In this document: piece by piece, positions 27,856 to 38,400 of the stretch
How positions within the stretch are numbered: the stretch's first letter is position 1
How the letters are laid out: every line of letters begins with the position of its first letter
From: Bdellovibrionota bacterium
GTDB lineage: Bacteria; Bdellovibrionota_G; JALEGL01; DATDPG01
Length of the DNA stretch: 64,000 nt
Reading direction: 5' to 3'
Assembly (NCBI GenBank): GCA_963668355.1
Contig: OY764265.1
Location: forward strand, 2,624,001-2,688,000
Program-made: the position numbers and the translations under genes
Notes under the pieces: generated by a model
What the model was told of the DNA's origin: nothing
The model's input: the letters and a program-made list of their open reading frames with translations, nothing else
Database searches by the model: none

Positions 27856-28361
27856 AACAAATACTTTGCTTTACGGTCCTCTTCTCGTTTCCGTTTTTGG
27901 CCTTTGCTCTTCCTGAGGAACTTCCGAAGGATTTAAATCCCGAAGTCAAAAAATCCATTCAAACATCCGGGCAAGATCTTTTGGCTGTTGAAGACTGTCC
28001 CTTTCTTCTTCAAGTGTATGACCCTCGGGACATGAACGTGACACAACTCGGATTGTGTTTCTACACGGAAGAGAAAACGGTCGGAATTTACAAACAAATC
28101 GCCTGTGTGGGCGCTTTGGTGGAACCTCTTTCAGGCGTCAAAAGCCCCTTCTACGGAAAGAAGGGACATTGGGGGACGGAAAAAGAATGCACCAAAGACC
28201 GGTTAATTTCCAAAATTACTGAAAAGGAAACCGACACGACCCTCAACCCCATCACGGATCTACGAATGAAAGTTGGAGAAGGTCGTCGCATTCGGCTACT
28301 CCGGGACCAATTTGGGATTTGGCCTGCGGTCAAAAAACAAATATTCAAAAAAACAAAGTAA
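27852..28361 (+). CDS. hypothetical secreted protein
   Basis: Signal peptide ending in AFA; ATGA overlap with ltaE; four Cys in the mature part. Confidence 0.65.
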   Translation: MKQILCFTVLFSFPFLAFALPEELPKDLNPEVKKSIQTSGQDLLAVEDCPFLLQVYDPRDMNVTQLGLCFYTEEKTVGIYKQIACVGALVEPLSGVKSPFYGKKGHWGTEKECTKDRLISKITEKETDTTLNPITDLRMKVGEGRRIRLLRDQFGIWPAVKKQIFKKTK

Positions 28362-28390
28362 TCTTCCAGAGGCCTTTGACCTATGGGCTT

Positions 28391-29785
28391 TTAGGCTTTA
28401 TCCGGCTCCGTCATACGCATCGGATTGAGAGCCTCGTCCAGCTCTTCGTCTGATAAGACTTTTTGTTCTTTGGCCAATTCTCGAACGGTTTTTCCCGTTT
28501 CAAAGGCTTTTTTGGCAATCGCAGCAGCCGAATCATATCCGATCTTGGGCGCCAAAGACGTAACCATGGCCAAACTTCCTTCGATCATCGATGCACATTT
28601 TTCGGCATCGGCTTCCATTCCTTCCAAACATGCCTTAACAAAATTATCGGCCCCGTTGGCCAGGAGCTGTGTGGATTCCAACACATTATGTGTCATCACC
28701 GGCATCATCACGTTCAGCTCAAAATTCCCCGCTTGGCCACCGATGGTTACCGCCACGTCATTTCCAATGACTTGCGCGCAGATCATGAGAATCGACTCCG
28801 AGATAACCGGATTCACCTTTCCCGGCATAATGGAGGAGCCCGGTTGCGTCGCTGGAAGTTTCAATTCTCCCAACCCACAACGCGGCCCGGATCCCATCCA
28901 TCGAATATCATTGGCCACCTTGGTGAAGGCAACGGCGCAGGTTTTTAACGCCCCACTGGCTTCCACAACGGCATCCTTGGCCGCTTGTGCTGCGAAGTGA
29001 TTTGGAGCTTCCTTAAACGAAATTTGCGTTCGCTTGGCGATCTTGGCAATCACGTCCGAGGCGAACCCCTCCGGACAATTCAATCCCGTTCCGACAGCCG
29101 TTCCCCCCAACGCCAGCTCTTCCAATGCAGGAAAAGTTCGCTTAACGCGATCGATGGATTGCTGAATCTGGGCAGCAAACCCAGAAAAGACCTGACCTAA
29201 ACGAATGGGCGTAGCATCCTGCAAATGCGTTCGTCCGATCTTCACAATGGAATCATATTCTTTAGCTTTGGCGCTTAGGCCTTTTTCCAATTTGGTTAAA
29301 GCTGGAAGCAAATCTGTTTCCAATGCTTTTCTAAGCGAAATATGCATGGCCGTCGGAATGACATCGTTGGAAGACTGACTTCGATTGACGTGATCATTCG
29401 GATGGACTTCCTTTGAGCCAAGCTTAAATCCCAAAATTTCACTTGCCCGATTGGCAATCACTTCATTGGTGTTCATGTTGGTGGACGTTCCACTGCCCGT
29501 TTGAAAAATATCCACGACATATTGAGAGTCCCATTTTCCTTCGGACACTTCTGTGGCGGCTTGAATGATCGCATCCGCAATCTTTCCATCCACATATCCC
29601 CGCTCCTTATTGGTTTCCGCAGCGGCTCGTTTGATCTCGGCCATCGCTTCAATAAAGCGTCGGGAAAAGCGCAATTGGCTAATTGGAAAGTTTTCGACCG
29701 CACGCTGAGTTTGCGCACCGTAGTACGCGTCCTCAGGAACGTTCATTTCACCCATGGAATCTTTTTCAACTCGAAATTTTGTCAT
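28391..29785 (-). CDS. fumC: fumarate hydratase class II
   Basis: QTGSGTSTNMN, HPND.VN.SQSSND, GRTHLQDA and GSSIMPGKVNP motifs. Confidence 0.96.
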   Translation of the reverse strand: MTKFRVEKDSMGEMNVPEDAYYGAQTQRAVENFPISQLRFSRRFIEAMAEIKRAAAETNKERGYVDGKIADAIIQAATEVSEGKWDSQYVVDIFQTGSGTSTNMNTNEVIANRASEILGFKLGSKEVHPNDHVNRSQSSNDVIPTAMHISLRKALETDLLPALTKLEKGLSAKAKEYDSIVKIGRTHLQDATPIRLGQVFSGFAAQIQQSIDRVKRTFPALEELALGGTAVGTGLNCPEGFASDVIAKIAKRTQISFKEAPNHFAAQAAKDAVVEASGALKTCAVAFTKVANDIRWMGSGPRCGLGELKLPATQPGSSIMPGKVNPVISESILMICAQVIGNDVAVTIGGQAGNFELNVMMPVMTHNVLESTQLLANGADNFVKACLEGMEADAEKCASMIEGSLAMVTSLAPKIGYDSAAAIAKKAFETGKTVRELAKEQKVLSDEELDEALNPMRMTEPDKA

Positions 29786-29875
29786 CACCCGCGCATCCTA
29801 GCCCGAATGAGAAATTTCGCAATAAACTCAAACAGCCACGCCCAGGTTATTTTGGGACCGGCGCGAAGAAAGCGG

Positions 29876-30388
29876 CTACATCAATTCCCAATACAGATCG
29901 AGACTCGTGTTTGTCGCTTCATTTCCCGTTCGGAAGCCGGCTTTGACCTTATCTCCAATTTTGATGGGCTTCCGGTCAATGAGCCAACTTTTCACAATGC
30001 TGGTCACGCCTTCGAGTTTGACATCCACCTGGTAGTAAGGGCATTCAATTTCCAGTCCTTGTCCCCCACGTTCCACATACGTGTAGGAATAAATGTACCC
30101 CGTGGGATTCTTCAACTCCTCCCATTCCATAGGGGCATGGCAGTCCGGGCAATCCGCTCGAGGAGGAACCCAGAGCTCACCCTTTCCTTGAGAGATCGGA
30201 CATTGGGGATTCACACATTTGGTACCCATTAGCTTTCCCTGCGTTAAACCGACAAAGTACGGGGTAAGGAGGCCATACGTATGATAATGCGTGCCCTCTT
30301 CACCGAAACGAGGCATTTCAATCACCCACGCACGTCCATCTTCTGAAAATTTGGTTGGGGTTGTATTGAGTTTTACGCGATCTGACAT
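29876..30388 (-). CDS. Zn-ribbon/OB-fold protein (DUF35 family)
   Basis: C...C and PPRADCPDC Zn ribbon, G.IYSYT, IKIGDKV; lies directly downstream of the thiolase gene. Confidence 0.88.
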   Translation of the reverse strand: MSDRVKLNTTPTKFSEDGRAWVIEMPRFGEEGTHYHTYGLLTPYFVGLTQGKLMGTKCVNPQCPISQGKGELWVPPRADCPDCHAPMEWEELKNPTGYIYSYTYVERGGQGLEIECPYYQVDVKLEGVTSIVKSWLIDRKPIKIGDKVKAGFRTGNEATNTSLDLYWELM

Positions 30389-30403
30389 GATTCCATCCCT
30401 TCC

Positions 30404-31801
30404 CTAAGCATTCTCTAGAACTGCACACGTTACGTGACTTCCCACACCTGCATGAGAAATCGCCAATCCCCGTTTGGGATCCTTCACCTGTAGACTTTTC
30501 CAATCTTCCGGTTTCTTCTTTCCGTACCGTTCCCAAAGTTTGGGATCTCCGTGAAATTGGTCATATTTTCCTTGGAGCTGCCAGAATACTTCATTGCACT
30601 GGAAAATCCCCGTTGCACCCACAGCATGCATCGTTCCCAGGAGTCCACCCGACAAATTCGAAGGACATTTCCCTTGTTTTCCTGTTTTGGGGTTCTGGAG
30701 ATAACATTCTCCCGAAGTAATATAGTCTTGTTCTCTTCCGTAAAGCGTCAATCCAACATCTCCGTAGGTCTGGAGATCCGAAATCGTAAAGGCATCATGG
30801 GTTTCCACCAGGTCCAAGTCTTCCAATGGATTTTGGATGCCCGCCATCCGATACGCCATATAGGCCGCAAATCGCGTGGCTCCAAAGCTTTCAAAGCCCG
30901 GCCAGCGTCCGTCATTCTTTTTCATTTCTGCATAGAGTTCTTTGTAATCCTCTTCCGTTTCATGAGGCAGAAGAGGAATCTCCATATGCCGGCGATCTCC
31001 GGTTCGTAAGGTGTCCGATCCTCCAGCAATATAAAGTTTCACGGGATGATCGGTGAGTTGATAGGCCACCTCCTCCGAGCAGAGCAGCATGGCTGCGGAC
31101 CCTACACTCATGCAGCAACATTCCAGAAAACGAAGGGGGTCTGAAACAATGGCCCCTTCCAAAACTTCTTCAATCGTGTGTTTTCCAGCTTGTTGGGCGT
31201 ATGGCGATTGGGTCGCGTATCCGCGATTTTTTACCGCGATTTCAGCCCGAACACGTTCATCCACGTTATACATTTCCTGAAACCGTCGAGCCATGGGGGC
31301 ATAATAACTGGCGTAGTTTCGTGCAAGCCGTGTCTCGAAATCTTTGCATGCCGCCGTCGCAATATAATAGTTACCGGTCCAGGTTTTGACCTCGTCCATT
31401 CGTTCCCACCCCAGAACCAGCGTACAATCCGAATATCCGCTGGCAATGGTGTTCGCCCCCATCAAAGTCGTATAACCACCCGTGGCTCCGCCGGTCTTCA
31501 CCCCGACATTGGGCAAGGGTTGAAGGCCTAAATAGTCATGAACTTTGGCTTCACAGAGAAGCTGATCTTGGAAGTGGTCGGCGAATTCCCCGTAGGTCGC
31601 CATATTGATCAATCCCTTGACCTCTTGGGGATCTTTCTTGAGCTGGTTTTCTTCCAAAAGCATTCGGAAGGCCATCATTGTCAGCTCTTCCAGTTTCTTT
31701 TCGGGGTATCTTTTTCGAAAATCGCTTTGTCCTGCAGCCACCATGTAAACGGGGCGACTCCACTTGGGAACGCGCAAATTGCCTTTTCCAAATTTGATCA
31801 T
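30404..31801 (-). CDS. SCP2-type thiolase-fold protein lacking the canonical nucleophilic Cys
   Basis: G.E.M, AVKNR, ETHDAF and N.SGGL..HAVGATG; GGATGG at the CxSG position. Start ATG 31801 has an AGGAAGAGG RBS. Confidence 0.85.
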   Translation of the reverse strand: MIKFGKGNLRVPKWSRPVYMVAAGQSDFRKRYPEKKLEELTMMAFRMLLEENQLKKDPQEVKGLINMATYGEFADHFQDQLLCEAKVHDYLGLQPLPNVGVKTGGATGGYTTLMGANTIASGYSDCTLVLGWERMDEVKTWTGNYYIATAACKDFETRLARNYASYYAPMARRFQEMYNVDERVRAEIAVKNRGYATQSPYAQQAGKHTIEEVLEGAIVSDPLRFLECCCMSVGSAAMLLCSEEVAYQLTDHPVKLYIAGGSDTLRTGDRRHMEIPLLPHETEEDYKELYAEMKKNDGRWPGFESFGATRFAAYMAYRMAGIQNPLEDLDLVETHDAFTISDLQTYGDVGLTLYGREQDYITSGECYLQNPKTGKQGKCPSNLSGGLLGTMHAVGATGIFQCNEVFWQLQGKYDQFHGDPKLWERYGKKKPEDWKSLQVKDPKRGLAISHAGVGSHVTCAVLENA

Positions 31802-32053
31802 CGACCTCTTCCTTTTTGGGGTTACCAGTTCAGTTTCGAGTCTTCTCGCATTTATACCTTGCACGACCCCATTGGCCCAGAAGTTAGGCCACCTGAGATA
31901 AAGAAAACCTTTAAATGAGAGTTGTATATTTAAATTCAGGTTTTTAGGACATGAATCTAGAATTTACTTTAGATTGAAAACGAGACCTGGCAGACCCTCA
32001 ACACTCCCCCATTTCCCCTTTTAACCTTGAGCTGCTACGGTTTAACAAAAATC

Positions 32054-35000
32054 ATGAAGCTGACTTCCTTGCTCTCTTTCAAGCCTGTTGCCCTCCTGCT
32101 TTTGGCCGGTTTTCTCGGTCTGGCCTGTTATTTGTCCCTACGAAACCACGCCTTTCACTGGTCTACACTGGACCTTCAAATGACCCGAGCCCAGGCAATT
32201 GAAAAGTCCAAAGAACATTTAGCGGGTCTCGGTTTTGACCTTCAAGGATCCCATTCTTCTGCGATTTTTTGGAACTATGAAACACCGGCCATTTACTTTG
32301 AAAAGACCGCGGGAACCACTCAGGCTAATGCCTGGTTAGCTTCGGACTCCATTCCCATTCGAGGTTGGGAGACCCGATTCTTTTGGACGCAAGAGAAGGA
32401 AGAATATCGTGTTTGGTGGTCTCCGAAAGGACGTTTGGTGGGGTGGGAACATCTGATCCTACGAGAGAAAAAGCTCCCCTCCCTGGAAAGCAAAGCGGCA
32501 GAAGAATTGGCCCAAAAGACCGTTCAAACCATGTTTCCAGAGGAAGCTCCAAGCTACCATCTGATCGAACGTTCCAGCGACAAAACCCCTTATCGGACCA
32601 ATCACTCCTTTCGTTGGGAGGCACAATCGGCTCCCTTAGAAAGTCGCCAATTTATTCAAGTATCCATTGCGGGAAACGCGGTGCGAGCCGTTCGAAAAGA
32701 ACTGGAGGTACCCGAAACCTTTCATCGGAATGAGCGAAGAGTTGCCTCCAGCCGAAATCTTCTGGGAAATATCGCCCAAAAATTAAATCTTCTATTGACC
32801 CTCGTGGCCTTCATTTTTCTTTTGAAAGCTTGGCGACGGCATTGGCTCCGATGGAAACCCATGATCTTTTGGACCGGCCTCCTCTTCGTTGTAGCGGTCG
32901 CCCATTTTTTAAATCAACTCCCGCTTCAATGGCATCGCTACTCCACACACCAAACCTTGTCGGCGTTTTGGATCTATCAGGCGGCCGTCCCCCTACTTTT
33001 TCTTTTAGCATCCACCGCGTGGCTCATTCTTCCGTTTGCCTCGGCCGATGCCATGGGCCGAACGGTTCCCTGGACAAGATATTCCTTTGGCGACATCCCC
33101 ACCAAAGCTTTTTGGCATTCGAAGTTTTTCTTTGAAGGGACCCTGGCTGGATTTGGAATGGCCGGCATTCAACTCGGGTTTGTGGTCCTTTTTTATGTGT
33201 TTGGAAGGCAATGGTTGGGGTTCTATGCGCCACAGGATGTCCAGTTTGATAATTTTCTAACTACCACCTTCCCATGGTTAGCCCCTCTTTTGGTCGGGTT
33301 AAAACCCGCCCTGGTAGAGGAGACACTCTTTAGACTTTTTGCAATTCCATTGGTTTGGCGGTGGACGAAAAGTAAATGGATCGCCGTGTTGGCTCCGGCC
33401 ATTCTTTGGGGATTTCTTCACACGGGCTATTACGTAGAACCCATCTACGCCCGAGGTCTGGAACTCACTCTTGTGGGAGTTCTACTCGGTTGGGTCTATT
33501 TGAAATATGGCATCTGGGCGACCATCGTGGGGCATTTCGTCTACAACGCCACCATATCTTCAACCCTTCTGCTTTCTTCCGGCAACACCTATTTTCAAGC
33601 GGCCACCCTTCTCGTCATTTCGTTTCTTCTCTTTCCCCTAGCCTGGTCTTCTTGGAAAATTTTCCAGGGAAAGAAATTTTCCGAAATTGATTTCCGTCCT
33701 CTTAAGAAGCCTCCCTCTCCCCCTTCCGAGCCTCCGGTTTCCCAAGAAAGACGGAGACAAAATGAGCCGCACGCATTGCCTCTCAACCCTGCCTTGGGGA
33801 TCATTGCCGTTTGTTTGTTTTTGATCTTTGTCCTTCCCGGAAAGGCTCCTCGGAGAGACTTAAAAATGGATCGGGGAGAGGCCATTGTCCAGGCTCAAAA
33901 ACATTTACAGGATCTTGGGTTTTCGGCTGAAGGGTACCTGGTAACTGCAGAATCTACCTTATCCCACCCGGAAGAAACCGTTTTGGAGTATCTCAAGAAT
34001 CGTTTAAGTGCCGAAAAACTGGACCGTTTCGTCCGAGAACATCGGATGAAAGAGCCAATTTGGCTGGTTCAGTTTCAAGCCCCCAAAGAGCTTCTTCGAT
34101 TCAATTTCTCTTTGGAAAATCGAGGAAAACTCCGGGCCTTTTCTTACACTCAACCCGAAGAAACTCCGGGAGTCACTCTGTCTCAAGGCGAATCCAAAGA
34201 AATCGCAACGAAGTTTTTAGGCAGCCAAGGTATCCAGGTTGAAAAAATTCAATATTTGGGAGCCATCGAGCATCAAAGGACTCAACGATTGGACATTCTC
34301 CACCGTTGGGAAGTGAAAGGCTCTCGTCTGGGTGAAATGCAAGAAATCATCCACGTGGCTTTATCGGGCGACCGAGTCGCAAAATTCAATCGTTATTTCC
34401 AACTCCCCGAAAGTTATTTAAGAATACTCGAAGAGGAAAATTCGTGGCATGTGTTAAGGACCATTCTCTCCATTGCGCTCATGTTACTGCTCTTGGGGCT
34501 CGTAGTTCGGGCTTTGTTTGATCGACAGGTCGTCGCCACCTTTCGAAATCCGGTTCCTTGGAGTGCTGCTTTTCTCACGATGGGCCTGATGTTTTTAGGT
34601 TGGTTAAATGAATGGCCGAACTTCTGGGAAAATTTTGATTCCACGACCACAACCACCATTTATGCTGGAGACCGAATCCTGAACATGCTGGGGCAAGCCT
34701 TAATCTACGGGGTCGGCTCCTACCTCGTCACCCTTCTTTTCATTCGAGTGCCACCTCAAGTCTTCCCCGAAGCTCCTCAGTCCCAGGATCTCATGGCGAT
34801 GTTTAAACGGCCACCGTGGAGATGGCGCGGGGGGCGAGAAGGTTTTGCCTGGGCTTTTGCCCTCTTAACCTTCGGAATATTACGAACTCAAATTTTTAAT
34901 CAACTTTCCGGAGAGTTGCCTCTGGATCTCTTTCAAACCACGTATGGACCTTTTTCGACTTTTTTTCCGGGCTTTACTTGGATCCCCATGTTCTGGACGG

Positions 35001-35386
35001 ACATTCTTTCTTGGGCCGCTTTGGCCGTAGGATTGTCCGTTTTGAAAAAAACGTTGGGATTGCGGTTCGGAGGAACCCTATTCCTAGGAACCTCTCTCCT
35101 GGTGATGGTCCTTACCCCTGATCAGAACTGGGGCGCGGCCGCAAACCATCTGGTGGGCCTCCTCATTTTGGCTTTCATCATTCTTCGCATCATCCGTTTT
35201 CATATTCCTTTCTATTTTTGGTTCGCCTTCTTGTCGGCAGCGTTGAGTTTTATGCCTTGGCTATTCTCTGAGACCCTGGCATTTCGTCAACAAGCCGCCC
35301 TAATCCTTCTCATCATTCTCTTTATGTTTTCCCTGCTTTTCGTTCGACCTCCCTTTTCACGACCACGTTCTTTTCCCCCTTCCTAA
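32054..35386 (+). CDS. large CPBP (CAAX/Abi) family intramembrane metalloprotease with duplicated extracytoplasmic domains
   Basis: EETLFR, GFLH and GHFVYN motifs; many TM segments; two homologous soluble regions. Confidence 0.82.
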   Translation: MKLTSLLSFKPVALLLLAGFLGLACYLSLRNHAFHWSTLDLQMTRAQAIEKSKEHLAGLGFDLQGSHSSAIFWNYETPAIYFEKTAGTTQANAWLASDSIPIRGWETRFFWTQEKEEYRVWWSPKGRLVGWEHLILREKKLPSLESKAAEELAQKTVQTMFPEEAPSYHLIERSSDKTPYRTNHSFRWEAQSAPLESRQFIQVSIAGNAVRAVRKELEVPETFHRNERRVASSRNLLGNIAQKLNLLLTLVAFIFLLKAWRRHWLRWKPMIFWTGLLFVVAVAHFLNQLPLQWHRYSTHQTLSAFWIYQAAVPLLFLLASTAWLILPFASADAMGRTVPWTRYSFGDIPTKAFWHSKFFFEGTLAGFGMAGIQLGFVVLFYVFGRQWLGFYAPQDVQFDNFLTTTFPWLAPLLVGLKPALVEETLFRLFAIPLVWRWTKSKWIAVLAPAILWGFLHTGYYVEPIYARGLELTLVGVLLGWVYLKYGIWATIVGHFVYNATISSTLLLSSGNTYFQAATLLVISFLLFPLAWSSWKIFQGKKFSEIDFRPLKKPPSPPSEPPVSQERRRQNEPHALPLNPALGIIAVCLFLIFVLPGKAPRRDLKMDRGEAIVQAQKHLQDLGFSAEGYLVTAESTLSHPEETVLEYLKNRLSAEKLDRFVREHRMKEPIWLVQFQAPKELLRFNFSLENRGKLRAFSYTQPEETPGVTLSQGESKEIATKFLGSQGIQVEKIQYLGAIEHQRTQRLDILHRWEVKGSRLGEMQEIIHVALSGDRVAKFNRYFQLPESYLRILEEENSWHVLRTILSIALMLLLLGLVVRALFDRQVVATFRNPVPWSAAFLTMGLMFLGWLNEWPNFWENFDSTTTTTIYAGDRILNMLGQALIYGVGSYLVTLLFIRVPPQVFPEAPQSQDLMAMFKRPPWRWRGGREGFAWAFALLTFGILRTQIFNQLSGELPLDLFQTTYGPFSTFFPGFTWIPMFWTDILSWAALAVGLSVLKKTLGLRFGGTLFLGTSLLVMVLTPDQNWGAAANHLVGLLILAFIILRIIRFHIPFYFWFAFLSAALSFMPWLFSETLAFRQQAALILLIILFMFSLLFVRPPFSRPRSFPPS

Positions 35387-35433
35387 ACGGAGGATCCTTT
35401 CCGAGGACAAAAATGTTATGCTGGGGACCGCTC

Positions 35434-38400
35434 ATGAATCGACAAGACCGACAAAGCGCTCTCCGAGAGGCCTTGAAACAGAGAATATTGGTTTTGGACG
35501 GGGCTATGGGAACGGCCCTTCAAGCCCGAGATCTCTCTCCTGAAGATTTTGGGGGACCAGATTTTGAAGGCTGCAATGAAAATCTGAACCGACTTCGCCC
35601 CAACATCATTGAAGAAATTCACAGAGAACATTTGCAAGCTGGGGCAGATATCATCGAAACCAACTCGTTTGGTGGAACCCCCATCGTGTTGGCTGAATAT
35701 GGATTGGAATCCTTTTCCGAGGAAATCAATGAGCGTTCGGCGCAACTTGCGCGAACGGTGTCGGAGTCTTTTTGGACCTCTCAAAAACCCCGGTTCGTGG
35801 CGGGGTCCATGGGCCCTACAACAAAGGCCATTTCCGTAACTGGGGGAATTTCCTTCCAAGAACTGGCAGAAAACTTTTTCGTTCAAGCCAAGGCCCTCCA
35901 CCGAGGCGGTGTCGATTATTTTCTCTTGGAAACCTGCCAGGACACACGGAACGTAAAGGCAGCCCTTTTGGGAATCCAAAAATTATTCGATCAAGGTGTT
36001 GACCCCATTCCCATTGCCATTTCGGGAACCATTGAAAAAACCGGAACGATGTTGGCCGGACAAACCATCGAAGCCTTTTGGGCTTCCCTGGCTCATCTTG
36101 ATTTACTTTATATCGGCTTGAATTGTGCGACGGGCCCAAAATTCATGACAGACCACCTGCGGGCTCTGTCTGAACTTTCAACATTCCCCGTGAGTTGTGT
36201 GCCGAATGCTGGACTTCCCAATGAGGACGGCTGTTACTTGGAAACCCCAGAATCCGTGGCAACCTTGATGAAAAGATTCATTGAATCTGGGTGGGTGAAT
36301 TTGGTGGGTGGATGTTGCGGGATGCGAGCTGAGCATATTCGCGCTTTGTCTCAAACGGTGGGGGGAAAAAAACCTCGCACCCTCGTGAAGAAATCTTTTT
36401 CTTTCCTTTCGGGCATTGATTTTCTGGAAATCAATGAAGAAAAAAGACCCATCCTGGTTGGGGAACGCACAAATGTCATTGGCAGTCGAAAGTTCAAGAA
36501 ACTCATCGAAAAAAATGAGTTCGAAACGGCCACCGAAATTGCGCGGAAACAAATCAAAAACGGCGCACAGATCATCGACATTTGTTTAGCCAACCCCGAT
36601 CGAGATGAATTGGAAGATATGGAATCCTTCCTCTCCTTTGCTGGAAAAACCACACGCGTTCCCTGGATGATTGATTCGACCGATGAACAAGTCATTCGAC
36701 TCGCGTTTGAATATTCCCAAGGAAAGATATTGATCAACTCCATAAATCTGGAAGATGGAGAGAATCGCTTTGCATCGATTGCCCCATTGATCAAACAATT
36801 TGGAGCGGGCGTTGTCGTTGGAACCATTGATGATGATCCCCAAGAAGGCATGGCCATCTCGCGCACACGAAAACTGGAAATTGCGCAACGAAGCTACGAA
36901 CTTCTCACCGAAAAATATGGGCTCTCACCGGAAGACCTCTACTTTGATCCTTTGGTTTTTCCGTGTGCCTCGGGAGACCAAAATTTTGTAGGCTCGGCCG
37001 TTGAAACCATCGAGGGTCTTCGACAAATCAAAGCCGCCTTTCCGGAATGTAAATCCGTTCTAGGCATTTCCAATGTTTCTTTTGGTTTACCCACGTCCGG
37101 AAGAGAAATCCTCAACAGTGTATTTCTCCAACACTGCACCCTGGCCGGGTTGGACCTGGCCATCGTGAACACCCAACTCTTAAAACGCTATCCCACGATT
37201 CCCAAACATGAGAAAGAACTGGCCGAAAATCTTCTGTTTAATCGCGGGGAAGACCCCATCTCCGAGTTTGCGGATTACTTTCGCGAAAAGAAGGTCTCTA
37301 CCCACCCCATTGAGAAGCTGCCTCTGCCTCAGCGGATTCCCAACTATGTGATTGAAGGAACCAAAGACGGTCTGATCGGTGACCTCAATGAATTGCTAAA
37401 GGAAGGGAAAGATCCTCTTCAGATCATCAACGGACCTCTCATGACTGGAATGGATGAAGTCGGTCGACTTTTTGGAAGAAACGAACTCATTGTGGCCGAG
37501 GTCTTACAAAGCGCAGAGGTCATGAAAACGGCGGTTGACCATTTAAAGCCTCACATGAAAACGAACCAGGTCTCTTCTCGTGGAAGAATGATCTTGGCGA
37601 CGGTGAAAGGCGACGTCCATGACATCGGAAAAAATTTGGTCGAAATCATTTTTTCCAATAATGGATTCGAAATCGAAAATCTGGGCATTAAGGTTCCTCC
37701 CGCTGACATCATCGCCGCCGCTCAGCGAACTCAACCCGATCTCATCGGTCTATCCGGTTTGTTGGTGAAATCCGCCCACCAAATGGTTCATACGGCTGAA
37801 GATCTTGCGGCCGTATCCATTGAAACCCCTCTTCTTCTCGGTGGCGCCGCGCTTTCTCATACGTTTACCCGAAAACGGATTGCTCCCAAATATAAGGGGC
37901 CCGTTTTGTATGCCAAAGATGCCATGTCGGGTCTGGAGTTGGCCAAACAAATGATGGATGAAGAAGGCCGAAAAAATCTCTTATCCAAGCTTCAACAGGA
38001 AGATGTTGATTCCGAAATCTCCGAAACGACCAAAGAGAATTCGTCGGCACCCAGGCGTTCCGATCTTCAACCCATTTCCTCTCCACCCGAACCTTGGGAT
38101 TACGAACGCCACACCGTTTTGGGTTTGACTCTCCATGATGTTTGGCCATTCCTAAACCCTCGTATGCTCTTGGGTCGGCACCTGGGTCTACAAAACACCT
38201 CCATTCGGCTTCTTGAAGAGGAAGCGTTCGAAAAATTGAAAGAGACTTCAAAAGGAAAAAAAGCCTTGGAAATTTGGAACATGGTCAAGGGTTTAAAAGA
38301 AGAAGCCGTAAGTCAAAACTGGATTCAACCCAAAGCTGTCTATCAATTTTTCAAGGCCAATGCTGAACATGAGCGCATTCATATTCATGCGAAAACCTCT

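Noticed and set aside
29501..30232. 243-aa plus-strand ORF
   Set aside because: Antisense across fumC and the DUF35 gene.
31900..31990. AT-rich stretch with imperfect palindrome AATCTA-N10-TAGATT
   Set aside because: Compatible with an ordinary divergent promoter; short AT-rich arms can arise by chance.
35387..35433. Cobalamin or SAM riboswitch before metH
   Set aside because: The gap is only 47 bp and shows no recognisable motif.
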